From positions 1 through 64,000 of the IMG/VR virus record IMGVR_UViG_3300020045_003852: a stretch of DNA of 64,000 nt, one strand, 5' to 3'. Made by a program: the position numbers and the translations under genes. Position 1 is the stretch's first letter; every line of letters starts with the position of its first letter. This document shows positions 18,245 through 29,186 of the stretch, piece by piece. The notes under the pieces were generated by a model. The model made no database searches. It was not told the DNA's origin and worked only from the letters and a program-made list of their open reading frames with translations. Origin of the DNA: a virus.

Positions 18245-19011
18245 TGGAAGATTATAAAGACGAACAGTTGTGGCTTATGTATGGTGATTGCTTGGAGAGA
18301 ATGAAGAAGATTCCAGATAATAAAGTAGATATGATTTTGTGTGATCTTCCTTATGGGACTACTTCTTGTAAATGGGACAGTGTTATTCCTTTTGAACCAT
18401 TGTGGGAACAGTATAATCGTATCTCTAAGCCCAACACAATTATTGCTTTATTTGGTCAAGAACCATTCTCATCTTTTATGAGAATGTCTAATATTGACAA
18501 CTATAAGTATGATTGGGTTTGGGACAAGGTAAAGCCCGGTGCCTTCGCTATTGCAAAATATAGACCACTAGGACAGCACGAATTAATTAGTATTTTCTGC
18601 CGTGGAAAAGCAAACTATAAGCCAATCATGGTCAAGCGGGGGATAGTGAAGAAGTCAAAAATATATGCAAGCAGTGATTCTGCTTCTGTTAAATATAATG
18701 ATGGAGTAGAACGACAATACAGTGAACTCTACCCAAAAACTATACTTACTTACTCTAACGCATCACAAAAAGACAAAGTACATCCGACCCAGAAGCCAAT
18801 ACCCCTTGCGGAGTACCTTATTAAGACATACACTGACGAAGGAGAAATTGTGCTAGATAATACATTTGGTTCCTGTACAACAGGTGTGGCCTGTATTAAC
18901 ACGGGACGTAAATTTATTGGTATCGAAATGGACGAGAACTATTACAATATTGGTAAAGAACGTGTTCTAGCACAGAAGGCGAATCATGGTGTAATTATTG
19001 ACGTTGCTTAA
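18244..19011 (+). CDS. DNA N6-adenine/N4-cytosine methyltransferase (beta class)
   Basis: GDCLE, DLPYG catalytic motif, HPTQKP, VLDNTFGSCTT SAM motif. Confidence 0.9.
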   Translation: MEDYKDEQLWLMYGDCLERMKKIPDNKVDMILCDLPYGTTSCKWDSVIPFEPLWEQYNRISKPNTIIALFGQEPFSSFMRMSNIDNYKYDWVWDKVKPGAFAIAKYRPLGQHELISIFCRGKANYKPIMVKRGIVKKSKIYASSDSASVKYNDGVERQYSELYPKTILTYSNASQKDKVHPTQKPIPLAEYLIKTYTDEGEIVLDNTFGSCTTGVACINTGRKFIGIEMDENYYNIGKERVLAQKANHGVIIDVA

Positions 19012-19462
19012 AGTAATTGCCTTTGTGTGCCTATTGTTATTTCCTTCTAAGATTTCACATAAGCATATGAAGGCATCCTTAAAACAAGCGTATTGCCTCG
19101 CTACAGCGATTTATAGGGAAAGCCTAAGCGAGGGTATCAATGGAAGGCTTGGAGTCGCTTCCGTAGCGTTAAAACGTGCTTCTTTAGACATTGCTGGGCA
19201 TTCTGTAGACGTATGTAGCGTAATATCTAAGCGAGGACAATTTCCTTGGTGGAATAAAAATCCTTACGTCTTGACAAAAGACGAATTAGGTGATATTCTA
19301 TATGATGCCCATATTATTTTAGAGCAGTATAAAGATGGGACATTTGTCGATGTGACAAATAATTCCACCCACTTTGTTACAAAGGGAACACACAATTATT
19401 GGACGCAGAAATTCAGACACACTGTTACAATTGGGAATTTAGAATTCTATAGGGAGAGATAA
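18998..19462 (+). CDS. SleB-like cell wall hydrolase (Hydrolase_2)
   Basis: CLA.AIY.E...E...G...VA.V...VCSVI...QFPW, N-terminal signal/TM. Confidence 0.82.
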   Translation: MTLLKVIAFVCLLLFPSKISHKHMKASLKQAYCLATAIYRESLSEGINGRLGVASVALKRASLDIAGHSVDVCSVISKRGQFPWWNKNPYVLTKDELGDILYDAHIILEQYKDGTFVDVTNNSTHFVTKGTHNYWTQKFRHTVTIGNLEFYRER

Positions 19463-19464
19463 TA

Positions 19465-21204
19465 TTGAAAATTGGGAAGAATCCCTGTCCTAAGTGCAGG
19501 GAAAAGGGGCATGATGAAAAAGGAGATAACTTCTATTACTACGGGGATGGTTTAGGAGGGTATTGCTTCGCATGTTCTCATACGATTTTATCTGACGAGC
19601 AGAAGGAGGCCAGAAATATTGATACAATTGAAGAGGAGGAAGAAGTGTCGACACGAGAACGTATTACAGACGAAGAGAATGCTAAAATTAAATCCTACAC
19701 TGGAACTGATGGAAAAGGATTTCGAGGAATTCGTAAAGATATTAATCAATTCTTTGGTGTTCGTTATCAGTATGATGAAGAAACCGGAGAGCCAATTAAA
19801 GAGTACGTCCCAACAACAATTGATTCAGAGCTTGTAGGCTATAAGACGCGCCTATTCCCGAAGGACTTCTCACAGCCAGTTGGCGTTGTCGGAAAGGACT
19901 GTGACCTTGTTGGTCAATTTCGATTTAAGAATAACAATCATACTTGCTTAATCGTTGGTGGAGAAATTAAGCAACGCGCAGCATACCAAATGCTCGTTGA
20001 TGACCAAAAGCGTAGGGGCAAGGAGGACTATGAGTCTATTGCTGTTGTTTCCCCAACTATTGGCGAGTCTGGTGCCTGGAAACAAATTCAGAAGCAATAT
20101 TCTTGGTTGTCACAATTTAAAAAAATTGTAGTTGCGATGGACTCGGATGATGCAGGACAACTTGCAAACGAAGCAATCTGCAAGATTCTTCCTAAAGGTA
20201 AGTCATTTATCATGAAGATGTCCTTCAACGATGCGGACGAGTATATCAAGCATGGAAAAGAACAATCTTTTATCAATGACTTCTGGAAAGCAAAGCAATG
20301 GACTCCTTCTGGTATTGTGGACAGCGACCAAATCTATAGTGAAATCAAGGAACGTGCAAAAGTTGATAAACTCCCATTCCCACCAATGATGGAAGGTGTT
20401 AATAAAGCCCTAGCAGGGGGCGTGAACTACGGATATATTTGTAACATTCTTGCCGGAAGTGGATCAGGCAAGACCTCTGCAATCAATCAGTGTATTGCAT
20501 ATTGGATGATTGACCTTGATCTTAATATTGCTGTGCTGTCTCTTGAGGCTGAAGCAGCGGAGTTTGGTGAAAATCTTCTATCGCACTACATGGGTAAGAA
20601 GATTGCACTAATTAAAGACAAAGAAGAAAGAATTGCTTTTGTAGGAAGTAAGGAAGCAGAAGATGCAGCCAACACATTGTTCAAGCGGGAAGATGGTACA
20701 AGCCGCCTATATCTACTTGATGATCGTGGGGACTACTCTCAGCTTCAAGAAAAAGTCGAAGAGATGATTATTGCTTGCAACTGTAAAGTAATCTGTATTG
20801 ATGTTTTATCCGATGTGTTTGCAGGGAAGACCATTGAGGAAGTAGATAAGTGGATGGCGTGGGAAAAGAAGATTGTGAAGCAATACGGTGTAATTATTAT
20901 TAACATCTCTCATGTTAGAAAGTCTGGTAGTGGAGAGAAGGCTGCTTCGCAAGGTGCATTTCTTACGGAAGAAAGTATTATCGGATCAGGGACACAGTAT
21001 CGTAGTGCAGGCGTTAATATTGCTCTACAACGTGATAAAAATAATCCAGACGAGATGATTAAGAATACTACGAGTGTTCATGTGCTAAAGTCGCGCTCGA
21101 CTGGATGGACAGGGCTTGCTTGCGAAATGTACTATGATTCTGCTACTCATACATTGTGGGATAAAGTAGAGTATATGTCGACACATGGACCAAGAGACTT
21201 CTAG
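19465..21204 (+). CDS. DNA primase-helicase
   Basis: N-terminal CPKC..YCFAC zinc finger, TOPRIM D.DDAG, Walker A AGSGSGKT, SH.RK, KSR.TG.TG. Confidence 0.93.
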   Translation: MKIGKNPCPKCREKGHDEKGDNFYYYGDGLGGYCFACSHTILSDEQKEARNIDTIEEEEEVSTRERITDEENAKIKSYTGTDGKGFRGIRKDINQFFGVRYQYDEETGEPIKEYVPTTIDSELVGYKTRLFPKDFSQPVGVVGKDCDLVGQFRFKNNNHTCLIVGGEIKQRAAYQMLVDDQKRRGKEDYESIAVVSPTIGESGAWKQIQKQYSWLSQFKKIVVAMDSDDAGQLANEAICKILPKGKSFIMKMSFNDADEYIKHGKEQSFINDFWKAKQWTPSGIVDSDQIYSEIKERAKVDKLPFPPMMEGVNKALAGGVNYGYICNILAGSGSGKTSAINQCIAYWMIDLDLNIAVLSLEAEAAEFGENLLSHYMGKKIALIKDKEERIAFVGSKEAEDAANTLFKREDGTSRLYLLDDRGDYSQLQEKVEEMIIACNCKVICIDVLSDVFAGKTIEEVDKWMAWEKKIVKQYGVIIINISHVRKSGSGEKAASQGAFLTEESIIGSGTQYRSAGVNIALQRDKNNPDEMIKNTTSVHVLKSRSTGWTGLACEMYYDSATHTLWDKVEYMSTHGPRDF

Positions 21205-21757
21205 CATGCCTACAAAGGAATTGCTTCAGCAAATTTACAACAAGCTCCACAATGTCTATTGTGTTCCTACCTCAATATCATACATGAAGGAGTTAAAATT
21301 AATGATTGATAATACACAACGAGAAAGATGTCACACATTTGATAACGGGATGAATATTCCTGATTGTTATAAATTTAAACTTACCGATGATGAGAGGGCA
21401 GAAATTTATAGGCAGTACAAAGAGGTAGTTGACAACGCTAATCAGGGTACAGAGCATAAGATTGGATGTATCGTAATGCCAGAACAAATTAGTTGACAAC
21501 ACTCCAACTTCTTGATAGAATGCATCCACACTAACGAACACAAGGAGAAGATCATGCTTGAGAAAATGTTTAATGTGTGGGATCAACATTTCCACTACGA
21601 AATTGGCTCAGATTGTGATGGGCTTGATATGCTTGAAATTCGCTATTACGATGGACAAGACACAAAGTCCTCTTTAAGAGTCTCATTCACAAAGGAACAT
21701 GCCAAATTGATTGCTAAAGCACTTCTTGAACTTGCTGAGGAGAATACAAATGACTAA
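21185..21757 (+). CDS. two hypothetical proteins (21185-21496, about 21554-21757) with internal promoter TTGACA-17-TAGAAT at 21493-21521
   Basis: ORFs with RBS; consensus promoter. Confidence 0.55.
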
Positions 21758-22226
21758 GCATAAATATGCAAAAGGCACGCAAGCAATGCTCGATACAGCA
21801 AAGGATGATGCAACTAAGTTGCCATTTGACACTGTCTTTATTTACTTTGATGAAGAAGTTGTTCGTGAGGAATATCCTGCATGGGACGACAACTTCAGTG
21901 TAAATTTCGTTCTTGCAGAGGGTGGCTTAGATATTCCAATGCTTTCCTCAGAAGACTTGCTTCCAGCAAAGAAGCCAAAGCAAAAGAAGGACAAGCCTTT
22001 GGCTTGGCAGAATGGGACACAAGCACAGTTAGATAATGCCAAAGATGATGCACGTAAGATTCCTAAGAAGACATATTTTATGTCTAAATACGGAGACACC
22101 GACGGAACAAAAGTCTATCGTGTTGACAATGAATACAACTCAGCAGATGAAGTAATGATGTCAAATGCAAACTTTGAATGTGATTTTCATGCAGCCTTTG
22201 ATCTGGAGCCTATCAATGAAAACTAA
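21750..22226 (+). CDS. hypothetical protein built from two homologous repeats
   Basis: GTQAMLDTAKDDATKLP vs GTQAQLDNAKDDARKIP. Confidence 0.7.
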   Translation: MTKHKYAKGTQAMLDTAKDDATKLPFDTVFIYFDEEVVREEYPAWDDNFSVNFVLAEGGLDIPMLSSEDLLPAKKPKQKKDKPLAWQNGTQAQLDNAKDDARKIPKKTYFMSKYGDTDGTKVYRVDNEYNSADEVMMSNANFECDFHAAFDLEPINEN

Positions 22227-22366
22227 TCAACCTATCGGAACATACCACATCATTCCACAACGTAGCCCTGTTCCTACTTGGGTAACTACCATGGTGTATG
22301 GGTTCTGTGCAGGATTTATTGCAGGATACCTCATGAAGATACTCGCTTCCGTGGGATGCTCGTAAT

Positions 22367-22534
22367 ATGGAAGATACAACAATGTACCTATTCTGCGCAA
22401 TGTGTGGTAGCCTTGATAATAACGGCTATGAAATTTGTGAGCATTGTGAAGAAATGCTTGTTGCGGAGCAAACATATGTTGATCCACAATATCTGAATGC
22501 TGTAGATTATTGTGACTGTTGTGGGAATTCATAA
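22367..22534 (+). CDS. 55-aa Cys-rich micro-protein (not in ORF track)
   Basis: CAMC...CEHC...CDCC. Confidence 0.55.
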   Translation: MEDTTMYLFCAMCGSLDNNGYEICEHCEEMLVAEQTYVDPQYLNAVDYCDCCGNS

Positions 22535-22546
22535 TAGGAGAATAAT

Positions 22547-23772
22547 ATGCTTACGAGTGAAATGATTAAGGCAACAGGTGTTTCTACATTGGCGTATTCT
22601 CTTATTGAGAATGTATCAGTGGCAGCATATAAGAACGCAGTAAAGTTATGCCCACTTGGGAAATTTCAAACAGACAGTGTTGCAATTGCTCAATACATTG
22701 CCCAATTGGAGAAAGAAAATGCAACGTACAAAAACTCCACGACATAAATTGTTGAATGACATGCTAAAGCAATGTAAGAATGAGAAGCATGGAGATAAAC
22801 ATGGCAAGCATGTTTGTAGGGCTAAGGCTGATGTTCAATGTAAGAAGTATTTGAAGGAGGAATTGTATGAACAATAAGATGAAGGAGATTGATGCTGAGT
22901 TCAGGCAAATGGACTTCTACGCTGAAGCAAATTTGAATGCTCACGATAGACTTCATTATTTGACGTATAAACAAGAACTGCTCAATAGTGATGAATCTTT
23001 GGACGATATTCTATTGATACTTCATGGATACATTTGGAATACAATTGAGTGCTATTGGGAGGAAGAGGATGAACAATAACATTCGTATTGAATATCGTGC
23101 ATCTCTTAATTAAAGGGAAATTAAATGAAAACTTTTGAGTTTGAAGTTTCTGATGAAGATAGACTAAGTATTAATTTCAGTAGAGATTATGAACATTTTG
23201 CATACGGCGTATTCGATACAAGTTACGAGCAGTATGTTACAAAGAATTATTGTGAAACAGTTGATAGGATTGCAAGGGAGAATCACAACCTTAAACAGGA
23301 GGTTATTGGTCTATCAATAAGTGTGAATCAATACAGTGAAATTGTTGATATGAAGAATAAGGAAATTGAGTGGTATAGGGCGAATGCTCCTATTAAGTAT
23401 CATGAACTTTAATAAGGAATAGCCATGTCAAACCAAACGTTGTATTCAGATTACATGAAGCAACATAATGTACCGACTGAGGATGTTGAGTATAGTTGTC
23501 GCATTCATCGGGAAGCAAAGTTGTACGCCAAGGAATATTGTGTTAGTTGGTGGAATGACATGGCAAAGGAAACAGGTTGGATATTGCTTCCACCTGATCT
23601 TGCAAAGATTGTGATTGAGGATGTTATTGAAGGGTGTAATACTCCTGATGAATGGTTTGAGGAGTATTACGATAAAATGAAGTACATCAACTTTGTAACA
23701 GCAAGACTCATAGGAAAAGGTTTGCTATCTGTAACAGATGCGTACCAAAAGATGTATAATATGAAGGATTGA
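22547..23772 (+). CDS. run of small hypothetical proteins (22547-22747, about 22718-22877, 22867-23079, 23125-23412, 23425-23772)
   Basis: tandem ORFs with AGGAG/AAGG RBSs. Confidence 0.55.
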
Positions 23773-23829
23773 ATTCATACTGAGGAGGTGTTGTGGAAGA
23801 TAAGAAATATATCGAGGGGCATTGGGTAT

Positions 23830-24399
23830 ATGGAAGCTAAAGATTATAACAATATTGTTTGGTCTGATTATTTTGAATATTCTGAGGATAGTCCTAGTGG
23901 AGTTGTTTGGAAAATTCCCAGGCAATACTTTGGCTATCTAAAATATGATAGAATAGGAACTCCTGTTGGAAGCATTTCAGTTTCAAGAAACACCTCATAC
24001 TATGCTGTAGGGATTTCTTTTGGATCATTTCAAGTACATCGAATTATTTGGTGTTTACTACATGGATCAGTAGACAAAAATTACGATATTGACCACATTG
24101 ACGGTAACGGATTAAATAACAAAATAGAAAATCTAAGATGTGTTCCAAAGAGTATCAATAGCAGAAATGTTCCTCTCCGAATTGATAATCAGAGCGGACA
24201 TTGTGGTGTAACATATCAAACTGCTGAAAACGGAATTGGTGGGTATCGCGCTTGTGTTGTAGATTTGAATGGAAAGAAACATAGGAAATACTTTTCAGAC
24301 GGAAAATATCCAAACTCATTAGAATCCGCTGTATCATGGAGAATATCTAAACTGGAGGAATTGAACAATGCAGGATACACTGAAAGACACGGAACGTAA
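23830..24399 (+). CDS. HNH homing endonuclease with AP2-like C-terminus
   Basis: VHRIIW...IDHIDGN.LNN.I.NLR...N.RN; SGHCGV; YTERHG. Confidence 0.9.
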   Translation: MEAKDYNNIVWSDYFEYSEDSPSGVVWKIPRQYFGYLKYDRIGTPVGSISVSRNTSYYAVGISFGSFQVHRIIWCLLHGSVDKNYDIDHIDGNGLNNKIENLRCVPKSINSRNVPLRIDNQSGHCGVTYQTAENGIGGYRACVVDLNGKKHRKYFSDGKYPNSLESAVSWRISKLEELNNAGYTERHGT

Positions 24400-26488
24400 T
24401 TGGATGGAAGGCGATTGGATTATGGATATTGAAACTTATCCAAATATTTTTACATTCTGTGTTGTTTATTCCAGTGGTAAAGGCATGCGAGTTTTTGAAA
24501 TAAGTGATAGAAAAAATGAAATTGAACAATTTATTGACTTCTTGCGTAAAGTAAAGAAGGCAAATCATCGTCTTGTTGGATTTAATAACATTGGATTTGA
24601 CTACCCCGTTATTCACCATATCATAGAGTGTTATAAGATCGGAAAACTTCTTACCGCAGAAGAAATTTATAACCACGCAATGAAAATCATTGAATCCAAT
24701 CGTGGAGAACGCTTTGGTATTACAATTAAATCAAATGAAGTGATTATCCCGCAGATTGATCTTTACAAGATTCACCATTTCGATAATAAAGCTCGCTCTA
24801 CTTCTTTGAAAATGCTTGAGTTCAACATGCGCTCAAATAACATTGAAGACTTGCCATTTCCAGTAGGAAAGATTCTCACAGAAGATGAGATGGATGTTCT
24901 TATCACATACAACAAGCACGACGTTTCACAGACTAGGAAGTTTTATCAAGCGTCAATTGGGGCTATTGAATTCCGCAATGAACTTACGAAGAAATATGGA
25001 TTTGACTGTACTAATTATAACGATACCAAGATCGGTAAAGAATACTTTATCAATAGTCTTGAGAAGGCAAATCCAGGATGTTGCTACACCAAAACAAAGT
25101 ATGGACGGAAGGTAAAGCAGACAAAGCGTGCTGAAGTTGTTATTGGAAACATTATTTTTCCATATGTGTCGTTTGATCGTCCTGAGTTTCAGGCAGTGCT
25201 TGATTGGTTTAAGTCCCAAATTATTACAGAAACTAAAGGTGTGTTCTCTGACATTCGTGAATGTGATCTTGGAGATGTTGCGAAATATTCAGAGATGGTT
25301 GTAAAGCGTAAAAAGTTTCAAGGCATTCCATCTGTTGTCGATGTAAGCAAACTGAAGGCAGAAAATCCCCTCATGTGGATTGAGGAAAAGCAATTGGTTA
25401 GCCCGAAGGGTGCTAAAAGTTATTGGATGCACTATAATCTTGCTGAGAATCTGAACGTTGTCATTGATGGATTTCGCTTTGATTTTGGTACTGGTGGCAT
25501 TCATGGTAGTATTGCAAGTCAAACAGTGAAGTCTGATAATGAATTTGTAATTATTGATGCTGATGTCACATCAATGTATCCAAACATTGCTATTGCAAAT
25601 GAAGTGTATCCAGAACATCTTGGAAAGACGTTTTGTAAAATTTATTCATTCGTGTTTGAGGAACGCAAACGATACCCCAAGGGCAGCGCAGAAAACGCCG
25701 TGATGAAGCTTGCACTCAATGGGGTGTATGGTGACTCCAATAATGAGTTTAGTCCTCTCTACGACCCACAATACACGATGGCAGTCACTATCAATGGGCA
25801 GTTGTCGCTATGTATGTTGGCAGAGAAACTTATCACAATTGAAGGGTGTTCGATTATTCAGTGCAATACAGATGGTGTAACTGTTAAGATTCCTCGTAAT
25901 CAAAAACCGCTGTATGATGAAATTTGTAATGAATGGCAGGAGATTGTTGGCCTTGATCTGGAGTATGCTGAATATGACGCGATGTATATCCGCGACGTAA
26001 ATTCGTACATAGCCGTGTATACAGATGGAGATACAAAGAACAAAGGCGCTTACGAATATAAAGAACTTGGTTGGCACAAAAACCACTCATCTCTTGTAAT
26101 CCCAATGGCAGCAGAACACGAAATTCTTGGTCGAGGAACGGCTGAAGAGTTTATTCTTGCTCACGATAATATGTGGGATTTTATGCTCCGCACAAAAGTA
26201 GATCGCAAAAGTCGTCTTGTGTTGGTCATGGAAGACGGTTCAGAGATTCAACAGCAAAATATTTGTCGTTACTATCCCTCTACGAAAGGGGGAAAACTGG
26301 TAAAGATCATGCCACCACTACCTGATAAAGAAGATCAATCAGAACGTAGACTTAGCATTGAAGCAGAGTGGAATGTAGTTCCGTGTAATGACATTAATGA
26401 ATTCAATTGGGATATTAATTACGACTATTATTATGCGGAAGCAAGAAAGTTAATTGACCCGTTGAAAGGAGGAATTGTTGAACAATGA
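24368..26488 (+). CDS. family B DNA polymerase with 3'-5' exonuclease
   Basis: DIET, GFN..FD (exo); DVTSMYP, KLALNGVYG, NTDG (pol); GGAGG RBS. Confidence 0.93.
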   Translation: MQDTLKDTERNWMEGDWIMDIETYPNIFTFCVVYSSGKGMRVFEISDRKNEIEQFIDFLRKVKKANHRLVGFNNIGFDYPVIHHIIECYKIGKLLTAEEIYNHAMKIIESNRGERFGITIKSNEVIIPQIDLYKIHHFDNKARSTSLKMLEFNMRSNNIEDLPFPVGKILTEDEMDVLITYNKHDVSQTRKFYQASIGAIEFRNELTKKYGFDCTNYNDTKIGKEYFINSLEKANPGCCYTKTKYGRKVKQTKRAEVVIGNIIFPYVSFDRPEFQAVLDWFKSQIITETKGVFSDIRECDLGDVAKYSEMVVKRKKFQGIPSVVDVSKLKAENPLMWIEEKQLVSPKGAKSYWMHYNLAENLNVVIDGFRFDFGTGGIHGSIASQTVKSDNEFVIIDADVTSMYPNIAIANEVYPEHLGKTFCKIYSFVFEERKRYPKGSAENAVMKLALNGVYGDSNNEFSPLYDPQYTMAVTINGQLSLCMLAEKLITIEGCSIIQCNTDGVTVKIPRNQKPLYDEICNEWQEIVGLDLEYAEYDAMYIRDVNSYIAVYTDGDTKNKGAYEYKELGWHKNHSSLVIPMAAEHEILGRGTAEEFILAHDNMWDFMLRTKVDRKSRLVLVMEDGSEIQQQNICRYYPSTKGGKLVKIMPPLPDKEDQSERRLSIEAEWNVVPCNDINEFNWDINYDYYYAEARKLIDPLKGGIVEQ

Positions 26489-27168
26489 AACACTCCGAAA
26501 TTAAAACTCCAACTCCAGATAATTTCCCATATCAACTCCCAGATGGAAATTGGATTCAACAAATTGTAAATGCAACACTCGTCGATAAAGGGCCATATTT
26601 TTTACACCCGGAAGGTTCACCATATCTGGGATTATCACTAAGTGACCAGTGTGAACTAGCCAAAATTAGGCGACCAGTTGGCAAGATGCCTAAATGGAAA
26701 ACTAGTCAAATGAGAGTTGCAACGAAACAAGATTACGAGAAATTATTGCTCGCATGTACAGAGGCATTGGTCAATGCGTGGTATGATACATCTCAACGTC
26801 TCGACTATGTTAACATATACGTTAAGTTGCCATTTAACTTTAGGTCATATTGGGATAAGAGTTTGCCTAGGGCATTTATTCTAGGTTACGATGACTGGAA
26901 TATTGTTGCCTCGTGGAGAGTGAATAAAATTTTAGACTGGTTACACTCTAAAGGACACTCTCAATATTCATCTTCTGAGTTGAGGAAAAGCATATGGGCA
27001 ATCCTGCTTGAACAAGACAAGATGGAGCTTTACTATTCTGTTGCATCTCAACAGAGTATTATTGAGTTGTACTCTGACATCATTGAAAGCAATAGTGACA
27101 AGAAGATGAATAGAAGTTTGCATGGAAGAAATAAGCAGAAAGTTGTTGACAATTCTGTTGAAGTATGA
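26485..27168 (+). CDS. hypothetical protein
   Basis: 227-aa ORF, ATGA overlap. Confidence 0.7.
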   Translation: MKHSEIKTPTPDNFPYQLPDGNWIQQIVNATLVDKGPYFLHPEGSPYLGLSLSDQCELAKIRRPVGKMPKWKTSQMRVATKQDYEKLLLACTEALVNAWYDTSQRLDYVNIYVKLPFNFRSYWDKSLPRAFILGYDDWNIVASWRVNKILDWLHSKGHSQYSSSELRKSIWAILLEQDKMELYYSVASQQSIIELYSDIIESNSDKKMNRSLHGRNKQKVVDNSVEV

Positions 27169-27225
27169 AATAATGATGCTTTCGTGTAGTACATAATTTA
27201 TTAACAACAGTAAGGAGAAAGAACT

Positions 27226-28155
27226 ATGAGTTTTAAGCCAATCCAACAGAACCATAGCAGCAACGGTGCTGCTCAATTTGAACAACGTAATTATCCTACA
27301 CCGAAGGCAGGTAGCCGACCTGCGAGGATTTCGCTAATCGTAGACTTGGGCATCCAAGAGCGTGAGGACTTTGAAGATAAGGCTACTGGTGAAGTTAAAC
27401 CTCAGAAACCTGTTCAACAAGTAGTTGTCTTTGCTGATCTTGTCAATGATGTAGTTGATTATGGCGATGCAATTGGCAAGATGCCCTATCGTCTATGTCT
27501 TAACAAGACTTTCCAAGGCGAAACTCAAGGCGTAAACTTTACGGCTGTTCCCCCTCGTGATGCTGATGGTAATCAGATTCAAGGTAAGGCATGGGGCTTT
27601 CATCCACAAAACTTGCTTACTAAGATTGCCAAGGCTATTCAGAAGCCTGAAGTAATTGAGAGCATGGATATTGAGGAATTCTTGAATGAGGCTCTTATGG
27701 CGCAAGTTGAAGTCAAGAAGACCGAGAGCAAGGATAAGAAGGATGATGACGGTAATCCTGTAGTCTACACCAATGTCAATTATCGTGGAGCCTCTGAAGT
27801 TCCGATGGTAGAGGATGATGAGGGCAATGAGGCTCCAATGAAGATTAAACAATTGGCTACTCCTGCAATGATTATTAGCTTTGACGATGCTAAGCCTGAG
27901 CAGATTAAATTCTTGCGTAAGAATCTTATTGCTAAGATTAAGTTGGCTAAGAACTATGCTGGATCAAAGATGGAGGCAGCAATTCAGGCATTTGAGAAGC
28001 AACAGAGTGCCTCACAAGGGGCTTCTGAGGGGCAAGGAGAGGCTAAGAAGGATGAGGGTAAGCCTTCGGCTAAGGAAGCCCCGAAGAAGGCTGCTAAGAA
28101 GCCCGTAACGCCACCCGTTGAGGATGATATTGACGACTCAGAATGTCCATTTTGA
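27226..28155 (+). CDS. single-stranded DNA-binding protein (putative)
   Basis: ARI..IVDLG.Q N-terminus, acidic tail ending DDIDDSECPF; location between pol and exonuclease. Confidence 0.7.
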   Translation: MSFKPIQQNHSSNGAAQFEQRNYPTPKAGSRPARISLIVDLGIQEREDFEDKATGEVKPQKPVQQVVVFADLVNDVVDYGDAIGKMPYRLCLNKTFQGETQGVNFTAVPPRDADGNQIQGKAWGFHPQNLLTKIAKAIQKPEVIESMDIEEFLNEALMAQVEVKKTESKDKKDDDGNPVVYTNVNYRGASEVPMVEDDEGNEAPMKIKQLATPAMIISFDDAKPEQIKFLRKNLIAKIKLAKNYAGSKMEAAIQAFEKQQSASQGASEGQGEAKKDEGKPSAKEAPKKAAKKPVTPPVEDDIDDSECPF

Positions 28156-28168
28156 TGTAAACTAATAA

Positions 28169-28194
28169 AGCCCTACTCTGTTTGGAGTAGGGCT
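28169..28194. terminator. stem-loop between SSB and exonuclease
   Basis: AGCCCTACTC-TGTTTG-GAGTAGGGCT. Confidence 0.6.
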
Positions 28195-28206
28195 AAAGGA
28201 GACTCT

Positions 28207-29175
28207 ATGGAGACAGACCTTTGTGTGATTGATGGAGATGTCTTGGCCTTTAGGGCATCAGCAGCGAATGAGAAACGAACGGTCATTGCAACACACATCA
28301 AGAGTGGTAAAGAATGCACATTTAATAACCGGACAGAGTTGAAAGAATTTGTAATTGAGAAGAAAGGAAAATACAATCCGCTGGATTACTCTGTAAAAGA
28401 TGTTCAAACTCCTACGAGTATTGCATTTGTTAACCACTCAATGAAGACAACCATTAAATCTATTTGCGATTTTTGCGGAACAGGAAATTATCATATTGTT
28501 GTCGGAGGAGAGGGTAATTTCCGAGATGAACTAGAATTGCCCACTAAGTATAAAAATAACAGAATTGGAACAATCAGGCCAATGCTGCTTGCAGATGCTA
28601 AAGAATATCTGGTTGATAAATGTGGTGCAGAAGTTGCTAATGGGGCCGAATCGGACGATGTTCTAACATACTATCAATATGAAGGTTATCAAAAGAAAAA
28701 GAAAGTTGTATTATGTACAAATGATAAAGATGCCCGTTCGCACCCTGGCTATCTTTACAACTGGACAGAGGAAGGTGCTGAGATTGTTAAGGTATCCGGG
28801 CTAGGTTATTTGTACGAAAGGAAGACTGACATTAAGGGTTATGGCCGTAAATTCAGTTATTTGCAAATGCTAACTGGAGATGCTGTTGACGGATTCAAGC
28901 CAACTCAGTTGTGCGGAATTAAGTTCGGGGATAAGGGTGCTTTCAAATTACTTAACGAGTTAAAGACTGATCTTGAATGTTGGAAAGTTCTTGTTGAGCA
29001 ATACAAAACATGGTATCCTACTGATACGACGTATGTTGCTTGGAATGGTAATACTTACACTAAGAGTTGGCTTGAGATTATGCAAATGTATGTTGATTGT
29101 GTGCATATGCAACGTTGGCCCAATGACAGGCTTGTTGTATCAACAGTATTAGACAAACTTGGCATTAATTACTAA
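28207..29175 (+). CDS. 5'-3' exonuclease (T7 gp6/FEN-like)
   Basis: IDGD, NFR...YK.NR, E.DD, DKD, Q.L.GD..DG. Confidence 0.88.
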   Translation: METDLCVIDGDVLAFRASAANEKRTVIATHIKSGKECTFNNRTELKEFVIEKKGKYNPLDYSVKDVQTPTSIAFVNHSMKTTIKSICDFCGTGNYHIVVGGEGNFRDELELPTKYKNNRIGTIRPMLLADAKEYLVDKCGAEVANGAESDDVLTYYQYEGYQKKKKVVLCTNDKDARSHPGYLYNWTEEGAEIVKVSGLGYLYERKTDIKGYGRKFSYLQMLTGDAVDGFKPTQLCGIKFGDKGAFKLLNELKTDLECWKVLVEQYKTWYPTDTTYVAWNGNTYTKSWLEIMQMYVDCVHMQRWPNDRLVVSTVLDKLGINY

Positions 29176-29186
29176 AGGAGATTATA

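Noticed and set aside
24354-26487. Similar GGAGGAATTG(TTG)AACAATG strings flanking the polymerase as mobile-element direct repeats
   Set aside because: Both are RBS-plus-start contexts, so the similarity is explained by translation signals.
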